Shown: positions 18,590 to 28,536 of the stretch, piece by piece
Layout of the letters: each line of letters starts with the position of its first letter
How positions within the stretch are numbered: position 1 is the first letter of the stretch
NCBI GenBank assembly: GCA_964369735.1
Contig: CAYJFX010000001.1
Location: forward strand, 346-64,345
Source of the DNA: an uncultured Treponemataceae bacterium
GTDB lineage: Bacteria > Spirochaetota > Spirochaetia > Treponematales > Treponemataceae
Direction of reading: 5' to 3'
DNA: 64,000 nucleotides
The notes under the pieces: model-generated
The model's input: the letters and a program-made list of their open reading frames with translations, nothing else
The model's database searches: none
What the model was told of the DNA's origin: nothing
Program-made: the position numbers and the translations under genes

Positions 18590-20215
18590 ATGCCACAAAA
18601 AAGATTTATGCATTCAAAAACAATAAGGCAAGACCTTTCAGAGCAAGAAAAAATACAACTCCCGTTCTTTACCACAGCGGCGTTAGCTGTTTTAGGTATT
18701 TTTGTTTTTATAATGCTTGCATTGTTTTCAGTTGGAGTAGTGGAAAGTGCCTTATTTATGGTTTTTGGAATGTTCTTTATGCTCCTTGCCTTTTTATTTT
18801 TTAGAAAAGGCGAAATCAAAAAAGGCTCCTCGATGGCCACTATAGGTTTTTTAGTAGCGCAAAGCATTGTTACATTTTTTCTAGATTTTGGCACAAACCC
18901 CTACGGGCTATACAGAATCCTTGCTCTTGCTTTGTTTTTGTTTCTTGCAAAATATCTTTTATCTTCTTCAATAAGAGAAATCGTTGCCTATGCTTTTGTT
19001 GCTACTACTATGTTTGTAAGCAAATCTATAATGTCATACAAGTTTATGAGTGAAGAAGATATAACCACCTATGTTGCGTGTATTGCCATTTCACTTGTTT
19101 GTTTAGTTTCTTCAACAATACTATTTGTTGCACTTTTTAAGATGTTTTCTGCTCTTAATGCATATGCAGACAAAGAAAAAAACAACGTGAAAAATGCACT
19201 TCAACAAATTACCGGTGTATTAACAGAAAGCAAGCAAGGACTGGAAGTTGGGCATGTTCTCTCACAGGAAACAGAGAATGCAACAATAGATTTGCAAAAA
19301 ATGGCTCACGTTTTTTCAACACTACAAACCTCCGCTAATGATTTAAGCCAAAATATCCTTGCCGTATTAGATCTTTTCACTACAATCGAAAAAAATTCAG
19401 CAGTTATGCAAGAGGGAACAAAATCTCAAAACTCCTCAATTACCGAAAGCTCTGTTGCTCTTACAGAGATATCAACAAACCTTTCAAGTGTAAATGAAAT
19501 AGCTTCCCAAAGAAGTCAAAACATGAATTCTCTTTTAGAATCATTGCAAAATCAAAAAACACTTGTTCAAGAAGCGCTACAAGAAGTTCAAAAAGTAAAA
19601 GAGTCCTCAACAAGTATTGGCGATTTTATTCACACAGTAGAAGATATTGCAAACCAAACAGGCCTTTTGGCTATGAACGCTTCAATTGAAGCCGCTCACG
19701 CAGGAGCAGCGGGTAAAGGGTTTGCGGTTATTGCACAAGAAATTAGAAAACTCTCTGAAGAAACTTCAAAAAATGCCGCCTATATTGGAGATGTTCTAAA
19801 GGGGAATGAGCAAACGGTTGAATCTGCGGCAAATGCCGTTATTTCTTTTGCCTCTCAAGCTGAAAAAAGCACCGAAGAGCTACAGGGCACCATTGCAGCT
19901 TTAGATGGAATTCTTATGGGAATTGCAGAAATGGACATTGGAACAAGAGGTGTTATGAACTCTATGCAATCAATTGTAGAAGCTTCAAGAACAAATGGTG
20001 AAATAGTTGATGATGTTTCTGGAAAAATTGTTCAACAACGCGAAATTATGGATAACATTTCTGTTTTTGCAAAAACTTTACAGGAAGAGGTTTCTTCTGC
20101 AAACACACAAATAACTAATGTACAAGGTTCCTTGGCAACTATCAAAACAACCTCAGACCAAAACGTTCAAGTTTCAAGTTCTGTTAACCAAGCTCTTGAA
20201 AACATTGATGTATAA
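18590..20215 (+). CDS. Methyl-accepting chemotaxis protein with a polytopic membrane N-terminus
   Basis: Highly conserved signalling hairpin [40 protein letters not shown]. The first ~190 aa are mostly hydrophobic helices rather than a periplasmic sensor domain. Confidence 0.9.
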   Translation: MPQKRFMHSKTIRQDLSEQEKIQLPFFTTAALAVLGIFVFIMLALFSVGVVESALFMVFGMFFMLLAFLFFRKGEIKKGSSMATIGFLVAQSIVTFFLDFGTNPYGLYRILALALFLFLAKYLLSSSIREIVAYAFVATTMFVSKSIMSYKFMSEEDITTYVACIAISLVCLVSSTILFVALFKMFSALNAYADKEKNNVKNALQQITGVLTESKQGLEVGHVLSQETENATIDLQKMAHVFSTLQTSANDLSQNILAVLDLFTTIEKNSAVMQEGTKSQNSSITESSVALTEISTNLSSVNEIASQRSQNMNSLLESLQNQKTLVQEALQEVQKVKESSTSIGDFIHTVEDIANQTGLLAMNASIEAAHAGAAGKGFAVIAQEIRKLSEETSKNAAYIGDVLKGNEQTVESAANAVISFASQAEKSTEELQGTIAALDGILMGIAEMDIGTRGVMNSMQSIVEASRTNGEIVDDVSGKIVQQREIMDNISVFAKTLQEEVSSANTQITNVQGSLATIKTTSDQNVQVSSSVNQALENIDV

Positions 20216-20241
20216 AAAACTAGAGAAATAAATTAAAAAAA

Positions 20242-20260
20242 GCCCGTTTTAAAAACGGGC
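20242..20260. terminator. Bidirectional intrinsic terminator between convergent genes
   Basis: GCCCGTTT-TAA-AAACGGGC, preceded by A7 and followed by TTTTGCTTTTTT. Confidence 0.85.
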
Positions 20261-20283
20261 TTTTGCTTTTTTGCTGCAAGGTG

Positions 20284-21222
20284 TTAGTTTGAAAGACTCT
20301 TAACCATATCTATCACTCCCTGCTTGCCATTTTGACACAGAGCAGTTGCAAAGGGTCGGCCAAGCATCACTTCGTGTGCACCATATGCACTTGCAAGTTT
20401 AATATCATGGAAATCACGAATGCCCCCATCAACCCACAGTTGATCGCAGTATTTTTTTATTTCTTTTCCGTATGATATTAAAAACTCTGCTGTGCTTCCA
20501 ACTCTGTTTTCAACCCTTCCCCCATGGTTTGAAATAATGACTATATCAGGCTTTACTTCTGAAAGAAGTTCTATTTCTTCTGGGTTGAAAATACCCTTGA
20601 TAGAAAAGGGAACCTTTAAGCTTTTTTTAATTTCTAATAGTTGTTGTGCTGTTTTTTTTTCAAGATTTACTAAGTTGCGCATTGTGGCAATATTGTAAGA
20701 ATCTATATCTATACCAACACTTTCTGAAATACTTTCAGCCCATTCTATCCTTTCAAAAATGCGATTGTTAGGGTACGGCTTTATAAAAACGGCGGCTTTT
20801 GTGCTAGGATGCTTTTGTTGCCTTGCCTTCACAGCGGCTATGCCAGTTTGGAGCTTTATATCAGGGCATCCATCACCAATACTCAAAAGCGCCCCCGAAT
20901 CGCCTACTGCCTCTATAATATCAAAATAAAAGTCTTCTTCTGTTTCATAGCCTATGTTTTCAACAGCACCAGTCATCGGACCAAGGCGAATATTTGCAAG
21001 CGGATATTTTTCATAACAGTTTTCTGGAACCGGCGCGCTTTTCCATGCAGAACAGTTTAAAATAAAATTTATATTTTTATCAAAGCCCCCCATCCCAGGG
21101 AGCTCACCTAAACAACCATGTCCATCACAGTTATCACAAAAATGGCACTTTGAACTATGTATACTCATATTATGATTATCGGGTACAAATTCACTTTGCT
21201 TTACAGCGAAACTACTCGCCAA
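20284..21222 (-). CDS. FMN-dependent alpha-hydroxy-acid oxidising enzyme family protein with a Cys-rich N-terminus
   Basis: TIM-barrel FMN family C-terminus (WVDGGIRDFHDIKLASAYGAHEVMLGRPF). The N-terminus carries CHFCDNCDGHGC. The start could instead be the internal Met at 21168. Confidence 0.75.
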   Translation of the reverse strand: MASSFAVKQSEFVPDNHNMSIHSSKCHFCDNCDGHGCLGELPGMGGFDKNINFILNCSAWKSAPVPENCYEKYPLANIRLGPMTGAVENIGYETEEDFYFDIIEAVGDSGALLSIGDGCPDIKLQTGIAAVKARQQKHPSTKAAVFIKPYPNNRIFERIEWAESISESVGIDIDSYNIATMRNLVNLEKKTAQQLLEIKKSLKVPFSIKGIFNPEEIELLSEVKPDIVIISNHGGRVENRVGSTAEFLISYGKEIKKYCDQLWVDGGIRDFHDIKLASAYGAHEVMLGRPFATALCQNGKQGVIDMVKSLSN

Positions 21223-22297
21223 AGCAGGTTCCTACCGCTCGTCCTGCTAAAAGAACCCCATCCGTTAAGGGTACTTTTTTAGTTTTTCCTGCAACGCTAG
21301 TTAAATCGACACTATCCATAACACCATTTTTCATTACAACCATTCGCCCGAAATCTCCTCTTGCAAGCATATGTGCCGCCTCAACTCCAAACTGTGTAGC
21401 AAGAACTCTGTCATACGGGGTTGGAATTCCACCTCTCTGTACATACCCTAATACAGTTACCCGTGATTCGAGCTTTGTTGCTTCTTCTAACTCCTTTGCA
21501 ACCCTATATCCAATTGATTGGCTCATCTCTTTTCGTGCTTTTTTTAATTGCTTTTTTTCTAAAAGGGCTTCCTTTTCACTTAAAGCTCCCTCTGCAACAA
21601 CTACAATAGAAAAATTTTTCCCTTGCTCTTTACGTTTTTTTATATGTTTTGCAATTGAGTCTATGTTGTAAGGAATTTCAGGAATAAGAATAACATCCCC
21701 GCCCCCGGCAACCCCTGCGTAAAGGCCGAGCCATCCAGCTTTATGCCCCATTACTTCAATTATCATTATTCTATTGTGGCTATGTGCGGTTGAGTGCAAC
21801 CTATCAATTGCCTGTGTTGCAATATCTACTGCTGTATGAAAACCAAACGTAACATCTGTTTCTACAAGATCATTATCAATTGTTTTTGGTAGCCCTATGA
21901 TATTCAGCCCTTCTTCTTGCAAAAGTTTTCCCGTTGTATTTGTACCGTTTCCCCCAAGTACAACAAGTGCATCTAATTCCATTTCTTGATAGTTTTTAAT
22001 TATGCTTTCAACGGGAGTTAATCCTGTTACAGAATTTTTACTGGGGTTCTTAAAAGGCTTTTCGCGAGAGGTTCCCAAAATGGTACCTCCAAGGGTCAAA
22101 ACGCCAGAAAACTCCCTTGTGCGCAACTCTCGGTATTTTCCTTCGATAAGACCTCGGTAACCGTCTTCTATACCAATAACACGCATTCCATATTCATCTA
22201 TCGCAGTACGTGCAACACCCCTGATAGCTGCATTTAGACCAGGAGCATCCCCGCCAGCGGTTAAAATACCAAATTTTTTTACTGCTGTTTTTTTCAT
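21212..22297 (-). CDS. pfk: 6-phosphofructokinase (PfkA family; ATP vs PPi donor unresolved)
   Basis: FGILTAGGDAPGLNAAIRG, GGNGT, PKTIDNDL and MGHKAGW motifs. Confidence 0.9.
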   Translation of the reverse strand: MKKTAVKKFGILTAGGDAPGLNAAIRGVARTAIDEYGMRVIGIEDGYRGLIEGKYRELRTREFSGVLTLGGTILGTSREKPFKNPSKNSVTGLTPVESIIKNYQEMELDALVVLGGNGTNTTGKLLQEEGLNIIGLPKTIDNDLVETDVTFGFHTAVDIATQAIDRLHSTAHSHNRIMIIEVMGHKAGWLGLYAGVAGGGDVILIPEIPYNIDSIAKHIKKRKEQGKNFSIVVVAEGALSEKEALLEKKQLKKARKEMSQSIGYRVAKELEEATKLESRVTVLGYVQRGGIPTPYDRVLATQFGVEAAHMLARGDFGRMVVMKNGVMDSVDLTSVAGKTKKVPLTDGVLLAGRAVGTCFGE

Positions 22298-22380
22298 TGC
22301 GAACCTCTACTTAATATTTTTAAAGTATAGCACTTTCCCTCTTTCCACGCAAGGCATTTTTATGGTATTATGTTTTGATT

Positions 22381-24552
22381 ATGAAACATTTTAATTTTGC
22401 TTTTTTGTTACTCCTCTTTGTGTTATCTACATTTCTTTTTCCTGCCTTTTCACAGCGGGTTTCAACTCAAAGCACCCAAGCTACCCCATATACTCAAACC
22501 CTAATTGGTAATAAAAAGGGCCTTTTCCAAACAACATCTCCAAATTCAACTCCCCTTTGGAATGAAGGGTCTGTAGAAAAAATAATGTACAAAGATGGCT
22601 GGTATCTACTAACCTCAAAGGGAGTTATTTTTAGCAAAGATTTAAAACTCTTTGAACCCAGAAACAAAGGCCTTCCTTTTAGTACAATAAAAGAATATGA
22701 TGGGACAACCACAAGTTTTATTCAGCAAGTTCACCCATTGAAAGACCTAGAATTCCTTCCTGGAGACCCAAGAACTCTTGTAACGACAACAAAAGAAGAA
22801 GTTTTCATTAGCCGAAATGCTGGCTTAAGTTGGCAATCCCTCGGTTTTAGTGCCCGAACCCCAGGCGCAAAAGCTGTTGCTGTAGCAATGCTTCCCACAC
22901 AAAGCGGAGCAGAAGTTTTAACCGTTTTTCTATCACATGCAATTTATGGAGTAGCATATATACATCCAGATAGCTCGAACCCTACTTGGATAGATATTCC
23001 AGCTGGATTTGAGTCTATGCCAACACTTGATAACCCTGATGAGGTAGCAGATATTTTGACAGTTCAAGAAAAATCTACTGATGGAACAAGCAAAACGGGG
23101 GTGTATTTCTCACAAAGCTTTTTACCTCGATTATACAAGCTTCAATGGGAAGAAAAAAAAGTTTCTCTTATTGCATCCCAAAACACCCCTACAAACACGT
23201 GGGATAGCCTTGTAGCTGTAGGTTCTGAGTTATCGTTTGTAAGCATGGATGGAATCCAATTCTTTTCTCCTATTACAAACACTTTTGTTAACAAATCAAG
23301 TACGGTTAACTCTATTACTCAGTTTTTAAATACCCAAAGAGAACCCCCTCGATGTGTGTGGCTTTCTCCATCTACATCAGGGCTAAACACAGCCTTTGGC
23401 TTGAGTGAGCTTTGGATGACTCGCAACAACACTATTTCAGGCGAATACATTGCGGCTGCTTCCGAAAAAAGAAGCATTTATGTTCCCTCTGGACAAGTTA
23501 CAAGCCCTTCTGGTATTGAAAAATTTGTGTCAATTGTAGAAAACAACGACCTTAATAGCATAGTTATAGATATGAAAGATGATAAGGGCTTGTTGCGATA
23601 TCATACAAAAGACCCTTTAGTTGCAGAAAAGGCACATGTCAGCAGCTATGCCCTTGATGTTAATACCTTTATCAAAACTTTTAAGGAAAAAGATATTTAT
23701 TTAATCGCTCGTCTCGTTGTATTCAAAGATGCGAACTTGTATAAATATAATCAAAGAGAATATGCCGTGTGGGATAATAAAACAAACTATTCATGGCTTG
23801 GTATCCGTGATTATGACGAAGAGGACAATCCTACATACTATGATGAACACTGGGTTGACCCATATTCACATGAAGTATGGGAATACAATATAGCTATCGC
23901 AAAAGAACTCATAACCCTAGGGTTTGATGAAATTCAATTCGACTATATTCGCTTTCCAACAGATGGCCGCAACTTGTCTAATACTCTTTTTCGTTGGCAA
24001 GATGAGGGGATGGATAAAGAAAGTGCCCTGCTCTCGTTTCTATCTTATGCGAGAAAAAACATTGATGCACCTATTGGTATTGATATTTATGGTGTAAATG
24101 GTTGGTATCGCAGTGGATCAAGGACAGGCCAAGATGTCGAGCTTATAGCCCCTTATGTGGATGTTATTAGTCCAATGTCATACCCTAGCCACTTTGAGTC
24201 TATTTTTTTAGCTTACACACCAATAATTGAGCGCCCATACAGAATATACTTTTACGGAACGTATAGAAATGCTGTTATTGCCAGAAACCAAGTTATTGTG
24301 CGGCCTTGGCTTCAGTCTTTTTTTCTAAGTCACAATTCTTTTGATGAAGAGTACTATAGCAGTAATTATGTCCAAAGGCAAGTTTTTGGCGTGCGTGATG
24401 CAACCGACACAGGCTACATGTATTGGAACAATGTTGGTCGCTACGATGAGGTGCGTCCACATATTGGCAGTGCAGAAGAAAACACTCCTTACCCGTGGAC
24501 AAAGGCGGAAAGAGATATAGCCAACACAATACCAATTTTTTCCGGAAACTAA
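22381..24552 (+). CDS. Secreted protein with an N-terminal repeat/propeller-like region and a C-terminal putative glycoside hydrolase (DUF4015/GHL10-like)
   Basis: Signal peptide after the ATG at 22381. The C-terminal block (IVIDMKDD.G...YLIARLVVFKD...GFDEIQFDYIRFP) is typical of the DUF4015 TIM-barrel family. Confidence 0.75.
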   Translation: MKHFNFAFLLLLFVLSTFLFPAFSQRVSTQSTQATPYTQTLIGNKKGLFQTTSPNSTPLWNEGSVEKIMYKDGWYLLTSKGVIFSKDLKLFEPRNKGLPFSTIKEYDGTTTSFIQQVHPLKDLEFLPGDPRTLVTTTKEEVFISRNAGLSWQSLGFSARTPGAKAVAVAMLPTQSGAEVLTVFLSHAIYGVAYIHPDSSNPTWIDIPAGFESMPTLDNPDEVADILTVQEKSTDGTSKTGVYFSQSFLPRLYKLQWEEKKVSLIASQNTPTNTWDSLVAVGSELSFVSMDGIQFFSPITNTFVNKSSTVNSITQFLNTQREPPRCVWLSPSTSGLNTAFGLSELWMTRNNTISGEYIAAASEKRSIYVPSGQVTSPSGIEKFVSIVENNDLNSIVIDMKDDKGLLRYHTKDPLVAEKAHVSSYALDVNTFIKTFKEKDIYLIARLVVFKDANLYKYNQREYAVWDNKTNYSWLGIRDYDEEDNPTYYDEHWVDPYSHEVWEYNIAIAKELITLGFDEIQFDYIRFPTDGRNLSNTLFRWQDEGMDKESALLSFLSYARKNIDAPIGIDIYGVNGWYRSGSRTGQDVELIAPYVDVISPMSYPSHFESIFLAYTPIIERPYRIYFYGTYRNAVIARNQVIVRPWLQSFFLSHNSFDEEYYSSNYVQRQVFGVRDATDTGYMYWNNVGRYDEVRPHIGSAEENTPYPWTKAERDIANTIPIFSGN

Positions 24553-24571
24553 ATTTTAAGGAGGGTCAACT

Positions 24572-25507
24572 ATGATTCCATTATTTGATAGTTCGGTATA
24601 TGAGTGGGGGATGCATGTAATCCACAGCGTTCAAAACACAAAGAATGATTTTTTTACATATTTTATGATATGCATCAGTTTTTTATCTGATCCCCTTGCA
24701 TACCTTAGTTTGCTGCCAATTTTTTTTTGGTGCGTAGATGAAAAGAAAACCGCAAAAGTATCTTTGCTTGTATTATTTTCAGCTTCTATAAATACAAGCA
24801 TCAAAGATTTTTTATGTGTACCGCGTCCGTTTATTCAAGATCCAGCAGTTGGCCTCATTCCTGAAACAGGCTTTTCAACCCCCTCTGGCCATTCTCAAAA
24901 CTCTGCAGCTTTTTGGCCATATGCGGTGTTTTTATTTTCTAAAAAAGAAAACGGTCGCTCACACTTTGCAGCAAAAATATTTTTATCTGTAGCCCTCCCT
25001 CTTCTTATTGGCTTTTCTAGAATTTACTTAGGTGTTCTTTACCCTTCTGATGTTCTTTTAGGCTGGATGCTCGGTTTTTTAATTTCAATAGGGGCAATAC
25101 TCTTTGCACCATTCCTTGAGTCCTGTATAATCAAACTCCCGAGAGCTCTTAAAATACTTACTATTGGCGTTACTGCATTTATATTAAACTGGATCGGTCC
25201 ACACGACACATCAATGGCTGCAGCTTTTTTTGGACTTGGTATTGGATACATATACATTTGCGACACAGGCGGATATGATGCCAAAGCAGGCTCCCGCACT
25301 CAAAAACTTTTTAGGATAGTTTTGGGGCTTACTATCGTTGCGTTTATTTATATAGGCCTAAGTTTTATTTTTCCCGCAGAAGGTGAAGCAAATTATAATT
25401 TATTCCGCTTTATTCGCTATATGTTAGTTGGATTTACAGCAAGCTTTATTTTACCAAAATTGTTTATCGCTCTAAAAATTGGGTTTTCAAGGAGCAGCAA
25501 TGGGTAA
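24572..25507 (+). CDS. PAP2-family membrane phosphatase homologue, motif C3 His replaced by Leu
   Basis: C1 is KDFLCVPRP and C2 is PSGHS. C3 is SRIYLGVLYPSD, where the canonical form is SRx5Hx3D. The Leu codon CTT lies at 25037-25039. Confidence 0.8.
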   Translation: MIPLFDSSVYEWGMHVIHSVQNTKNDFFTYFMICISFLSDPLAYLSLLPIFFWCVDEKKTAKVSLLVLFSASINTSIKDFLCVPRPFIQDPAVGLIPETGFSTPSGHSQNSAAFWPYAVFLFSKKENGRSHFAAKIFLSVALPLLIGFSRIYLGVLYPSDVLLGWMLGFLISIGAILFAPFLESCIIKLPRALKILTIGVTAFILNWIGPHDTSMAAAFFGLGIGYIYICDTGGYDAKAGSRTQKLFRIVLGLTIVAFIYIGLSFIFPAEGEANYNLFRFIRYMLVGFTASFILPKLFIALKIGFSRSSNG

Positions 25508-26873
25508 ATACACCCCAGAAGAACCTATTGTCGCCATAGCCACCGCTCTTGCACCTTCAGCACTTGCAATAATACGATTATCTGGGCAGAATACTCTTTC
25601 CCTCTTGTCTCAGGTTTTTTCACGTCCAAAAGCTCTCAAAGAAGCTGCAGGCAATACGCTAGTGTATGGGTGGATTCAAGATGACGGAAAAAAAATTGAT
25701 GAAGTAATGGTTGGCATCTACCGAGCTCCGAAGAGTTTTACAGGTGAAGAAATGGCAGAAATTTTTTGTCATGGCGGCCCTATTACAGTAATGGCAATTT
25801 ATAACCTCTTACAAACAAAAGGCTTTCGTATTGCTGAAAATGGAGAATACACGTTCAGGTCTTACATAAACAGAAAAATAGATCTTACTCGAGCAGAAGC
25901 AATACATGAAATTATTGAATCGAAGACCGATGAGAGCAGGAGCCGTGCTGCTGGCAGGCTTTCTGGCAATCTGTATACAGAAATAGACGACATAAAAAAG
26001 CTACTGATAGAAACACTCGCTGATATTGAGGCCGAAGTCGAGTATCCCGAAGATGAAAATGCTGTTGCAAATGCATATAACCCTGAAAAGCTTTTTAAAG
26101 CCTTTGACCAGCTAACACAGATAGCACAAACTTGGAAAAGTGAAAAAATGTACCAAGATGGTGTGCGCATAGTATTATCTGGCAAAACAAATGCAGGAAA
26201 GTCAAGCCTTTTTAATATGATATTAAAAGAGGAAAGAGCAATAGTTTCCGATATACATGGCACAACTCGTGATTGGATAGAAAGTTGGGTTTCTCTTGGA
26301 GGAATACCTGCTCGTCTTTTTGACACTGCTGGCCTTCGAAAAACTGAAGACATAATTGAGCAAGCTGGCGTAGAACGCTCTCACGAGCTTGCCCAAGAGG
26401 CTGACCTTGTCTTATACCTTGTTGACAGTACGAAAGGGCTAGAAAAAGAAGAGCTTGCCACCATCTCATCTTTTTCAGCTCCCATAGTAGTTGTTTGGAA
26501 CAAAGCCGACAAAATAGAAAAAGAGCTACTAGATAGAGAAATGGAAAAATTTTCTTTTTTACAAGTTTGTACAAGCTCAAAAACCGGCCTAGGACTTGCT
26601 CCCTTGATTACTGCAATAAAGGAAGTAGTGCTAGGAAAAGAAAAAGTTGATAGAACTCAGGCGGGGCTTGGTTCTCAGCGCCAAAAGAAAGCTGTTGATG
26701 ATGCCCTAGAAGCCCTAAACTCAACAATAAGTGCAACAAAGCAAAACCTCCCCCTTGATGCAGTATCACAAGACTTAGAAGAAGCTCTTTTTCATCTTGG
26801 CGAAGTTACTGGAGAGGTAAGTCCAGATGACATTTTACAAAGCATCTTTTCTCGCTTCTGTGTGGGGAAATAG
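25500..26873 (+). CDS. mnmE: tRNA modification GTPase
   Basis: ATG at 25500 with AAGGAG 6 nt upstream. IVAIATA N-terminus, G-domain GKTNAGKSSLFN / DTAGLR / NKAD, and the C-terminal FCVGK motif. Confidence 0.93.
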   Translation: MGKYTPEEPIVAIATALAPSALAIIRLSGQNTLSLLSQVFSRPKALKEAAGNTLVYGWIQDDGKKIDEVMVGIYRAPKSFTGEEMAEIFCHGGPITVMAIYNLLQTKGFRIAENGEYTFRSYINRKIDLTRAEAIHEIIESKTDESRSRAAGRLSGNLYTEIDDIKKLLIETLADIEAEVEYPEDENAVANAYNPEKLFKAFDQLTQIAQTWKSEKMYQDGVRIVLSGKTNAGKSSLFNMILKEERAIVSDIHGTTRDWIESWVSLGGIPARLFDTAGLRKTEDIIEQAGVERSHELAQEADLVLYLVDSTKGLEKEELATISSFSAPIVVVWNKADKIEKELLDREMEKFSFLQVCTSSKTGLGLAPLITAIKEVVLGKEKVDRTQAGLGSQRQKKAVDDALEALNSTISATKQNLPLDAVSQDLEEALFHLGEVTGEVSPDDILQSIFSRFCVGK

Positions 26874-26874
26874 G

Positions 26875-27135
26875 TTATCTCTTTTTTGATTTAATAAGAG
26901 GAACCATTTTATCCTCTAGCTTATATTTTTTTATGATTATTTTTACTACTTTTTGGTAAATCAATGTACTTGCAACTACAGCTATGATAAAGATAAACGG
27001 TAGGATGGTTCCAAGTCTTTCTTCCAAAAATAGCCCCCCAACAATTGTTAGTAATACGATAATCACAATGGTAAGAAGAATATTAGCTAGCGTCCCAAGC
27101 AATAAAAAAAGAATTGTGTTTTGCATTTTTGTCAT
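26875..27135 (-). CDS. Small two-helix membrane protein
   Basis: 86-aa hydrophobic ORF that overlaps the lspA stop by 4 nt. No homology recognised. Confidence 0.5.
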   Translation of the reverse strand: MTKMQNTILFLLLGTLANILLTIVIIVLLTIVGGLFLEERLGTILPFIFIIAVVASTLIYQKVVKIIIKKYKLEDKMVPLIKSKKR

Positions 27136-27719
27136 AATGCTTCCTCTTTATCATTTTTTCCCTTTTTAAATTCGATAATAGCTTCCTTAATGAAAGACAC
27201 TAAAAGCAAGGCACCAGAAATAACAACAGACATATCTGCGACATTAAAAACAGGCCACCTTGTTAAGTACATACCTAAAAAATTAATATCGAAAAAGTCA
27301 ACATCAATAAAATCAACAACGCCTCCTGGCCGAAAAAAACGGTCTATAAGGTTTCCTAGCCCTCCGCCAACAATACCCCACAGACACCACTGTTGAAACC
27401 GACTAATTTCATCTGTTTTAAAATAATATACAATAACGCCAATTAAAACAACAAGAGGAAACCATCGCAAAAGAACAGCTCTTATAAAAGGAGCAAAATC
27501 GTACCCAAAACTAAAGGCAGCTCCAGTGTTCCAAACATGAGTAATTCTTAAAAACCCATCAAAAAAACTTGCATATATTGTGCCAAACTCAACGTTATTA
27601 AAAACAAGAATCTTAGTTATTTGATCTACAAGAATAATCCCTACAGCTAAAAAAACAGGTAATAGTTTTTTTACGTTACTCTTTTTTTCTTTCTTTTCAT
27701 GCATATCTAAATTATTCAC
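27132..27719 (-). CDS. lspA: Lipoprotein signal peptidase (SPase II)
   Basis: Conserved blocks NTGAAFS and VVDFIDV...WPVFNVADM. Confidence 0.9.
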   Translation of the reverse strand: MNNLDMHEKKEKKSNVKKLLPVFLAVGIILVDQITKILVFNNVEFGTIYASFFDGFLRITHVWNTGAAFSFGYDFAPFIRAVLLRWFPLVVLIGVIVYYFKTDEISRFQQWCLWGIVGGGLGNLIDRFFRPGGVVDFIDVDFFDINFLGMYLTRWPVFNVADMSVVISGALLLVSFIKEAIIEFKKGKNDKEEAL

Positions 27720-27764
27720 AAACGCTCCTACTTTTTTTATTATATACCTTTTGTTTAATAATGA

Positions 27765-28532
27765 CTATAACCCTGTGGGTACATCAATAAAGACGGTTTC
27801 TATATTCTTTTCATTGTTTAGTTTTTGAGAAAGAAGGTTAACACCAACTGTTTCTGTGTTATAATGCCCTCCTGCTATTACATTTATATAGCTTTCCTTA
27901 GCCACATGATATGACTCATGCGTTACTTCTCCTGTAATAAACAAATCAAGTCCTTTATCGCTTGCTTCACAAATAAAATCATCTGCTCCGCCTGAAACAA
28001 TGGCTACCTTTTGTATAGTTTTTTTCCCAAAGGGGAAAACTGTAGAAATATTTTGAGCTGGTTCAAGTAGTAAATTTTCCACTTCTCCTAGGCTTAGCTC
28101 GTTCTCAAAACTCCCTTGTACACCAATTGGCATTCCATTCCATGTGCCAAAAGGCTGCAAATTCTGTAATCCAAGTTTTCTTGCCAAGCCATAGTTGTTT
28201 CCAATTTCTTCATTTGCATCTAGAGGAATGTGGCATGCATAGAGGGCTATGTCATTCTCCAATAGTCGCCGAACTCTTGTATAGTAATTACCTGTAATAG
28301 TTTTCTCATGCCCCCAAAAAATACCGTGATGTACAACAAGAACTTGAGCATTGGAGCTGATGGCCTCATCGATTGTTTCAAGGCATGCATCAACAGCAAA
28401 GGCAACCTTTTTTATCTCTTTTGTTTCTGGTTTTTGATTTTGCACTTGTATGCCATTTTTTGATGGGTCTTTGTTAAAACTTTCTATGCTTAAAAGATCT
28501 TTAAAATACAAATCTAAATCAATCAAAGTCAT
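27765..28532 (-). CDS. Nif3-like dinuclear metal centre protein (GTP cyclohydrolase I type 2 homologue)
   Basis: Nif3 hallmarks VLVVHHGIFW, IALYACHIPLD and AGGHYNTE. Confidence 0.88.
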   Translation of the reverse strand: MTLIDLDLYFKDLLSIESFNKDPSKNGIQVQNQKPETKEIKKVAFAVDACLETIDEAISSNAQVLVVHHGIFWGHEKTITGNYYTRVRRLLENDIALYACHIPLDANEEIGNNYGLARKLGLQNLQPFGTWNGMPIGVQGSFENELSLGEVENLLLEPAQNISTVFPFGKKTIQKVAIVSGGADDFICEASDKGLDLFITGEVTHESYHVAKESYINVIAGGHYNTETVGVNLLSQKLNNEKNIETVFIDVPTGL

Positions 28533-28536
28533 GTAC

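Noticed and set aside
20652-20660. Homopolymer runs inside coding regions (A9 on the coding strand here; T9 at 24720-24728 in the PAP2 gene) as phase-variation switches
   Set aside because: Both reading frames are intact. The runs encode ordinary KK and FF residues in an AT-rich genome, and nothing suggests variability.
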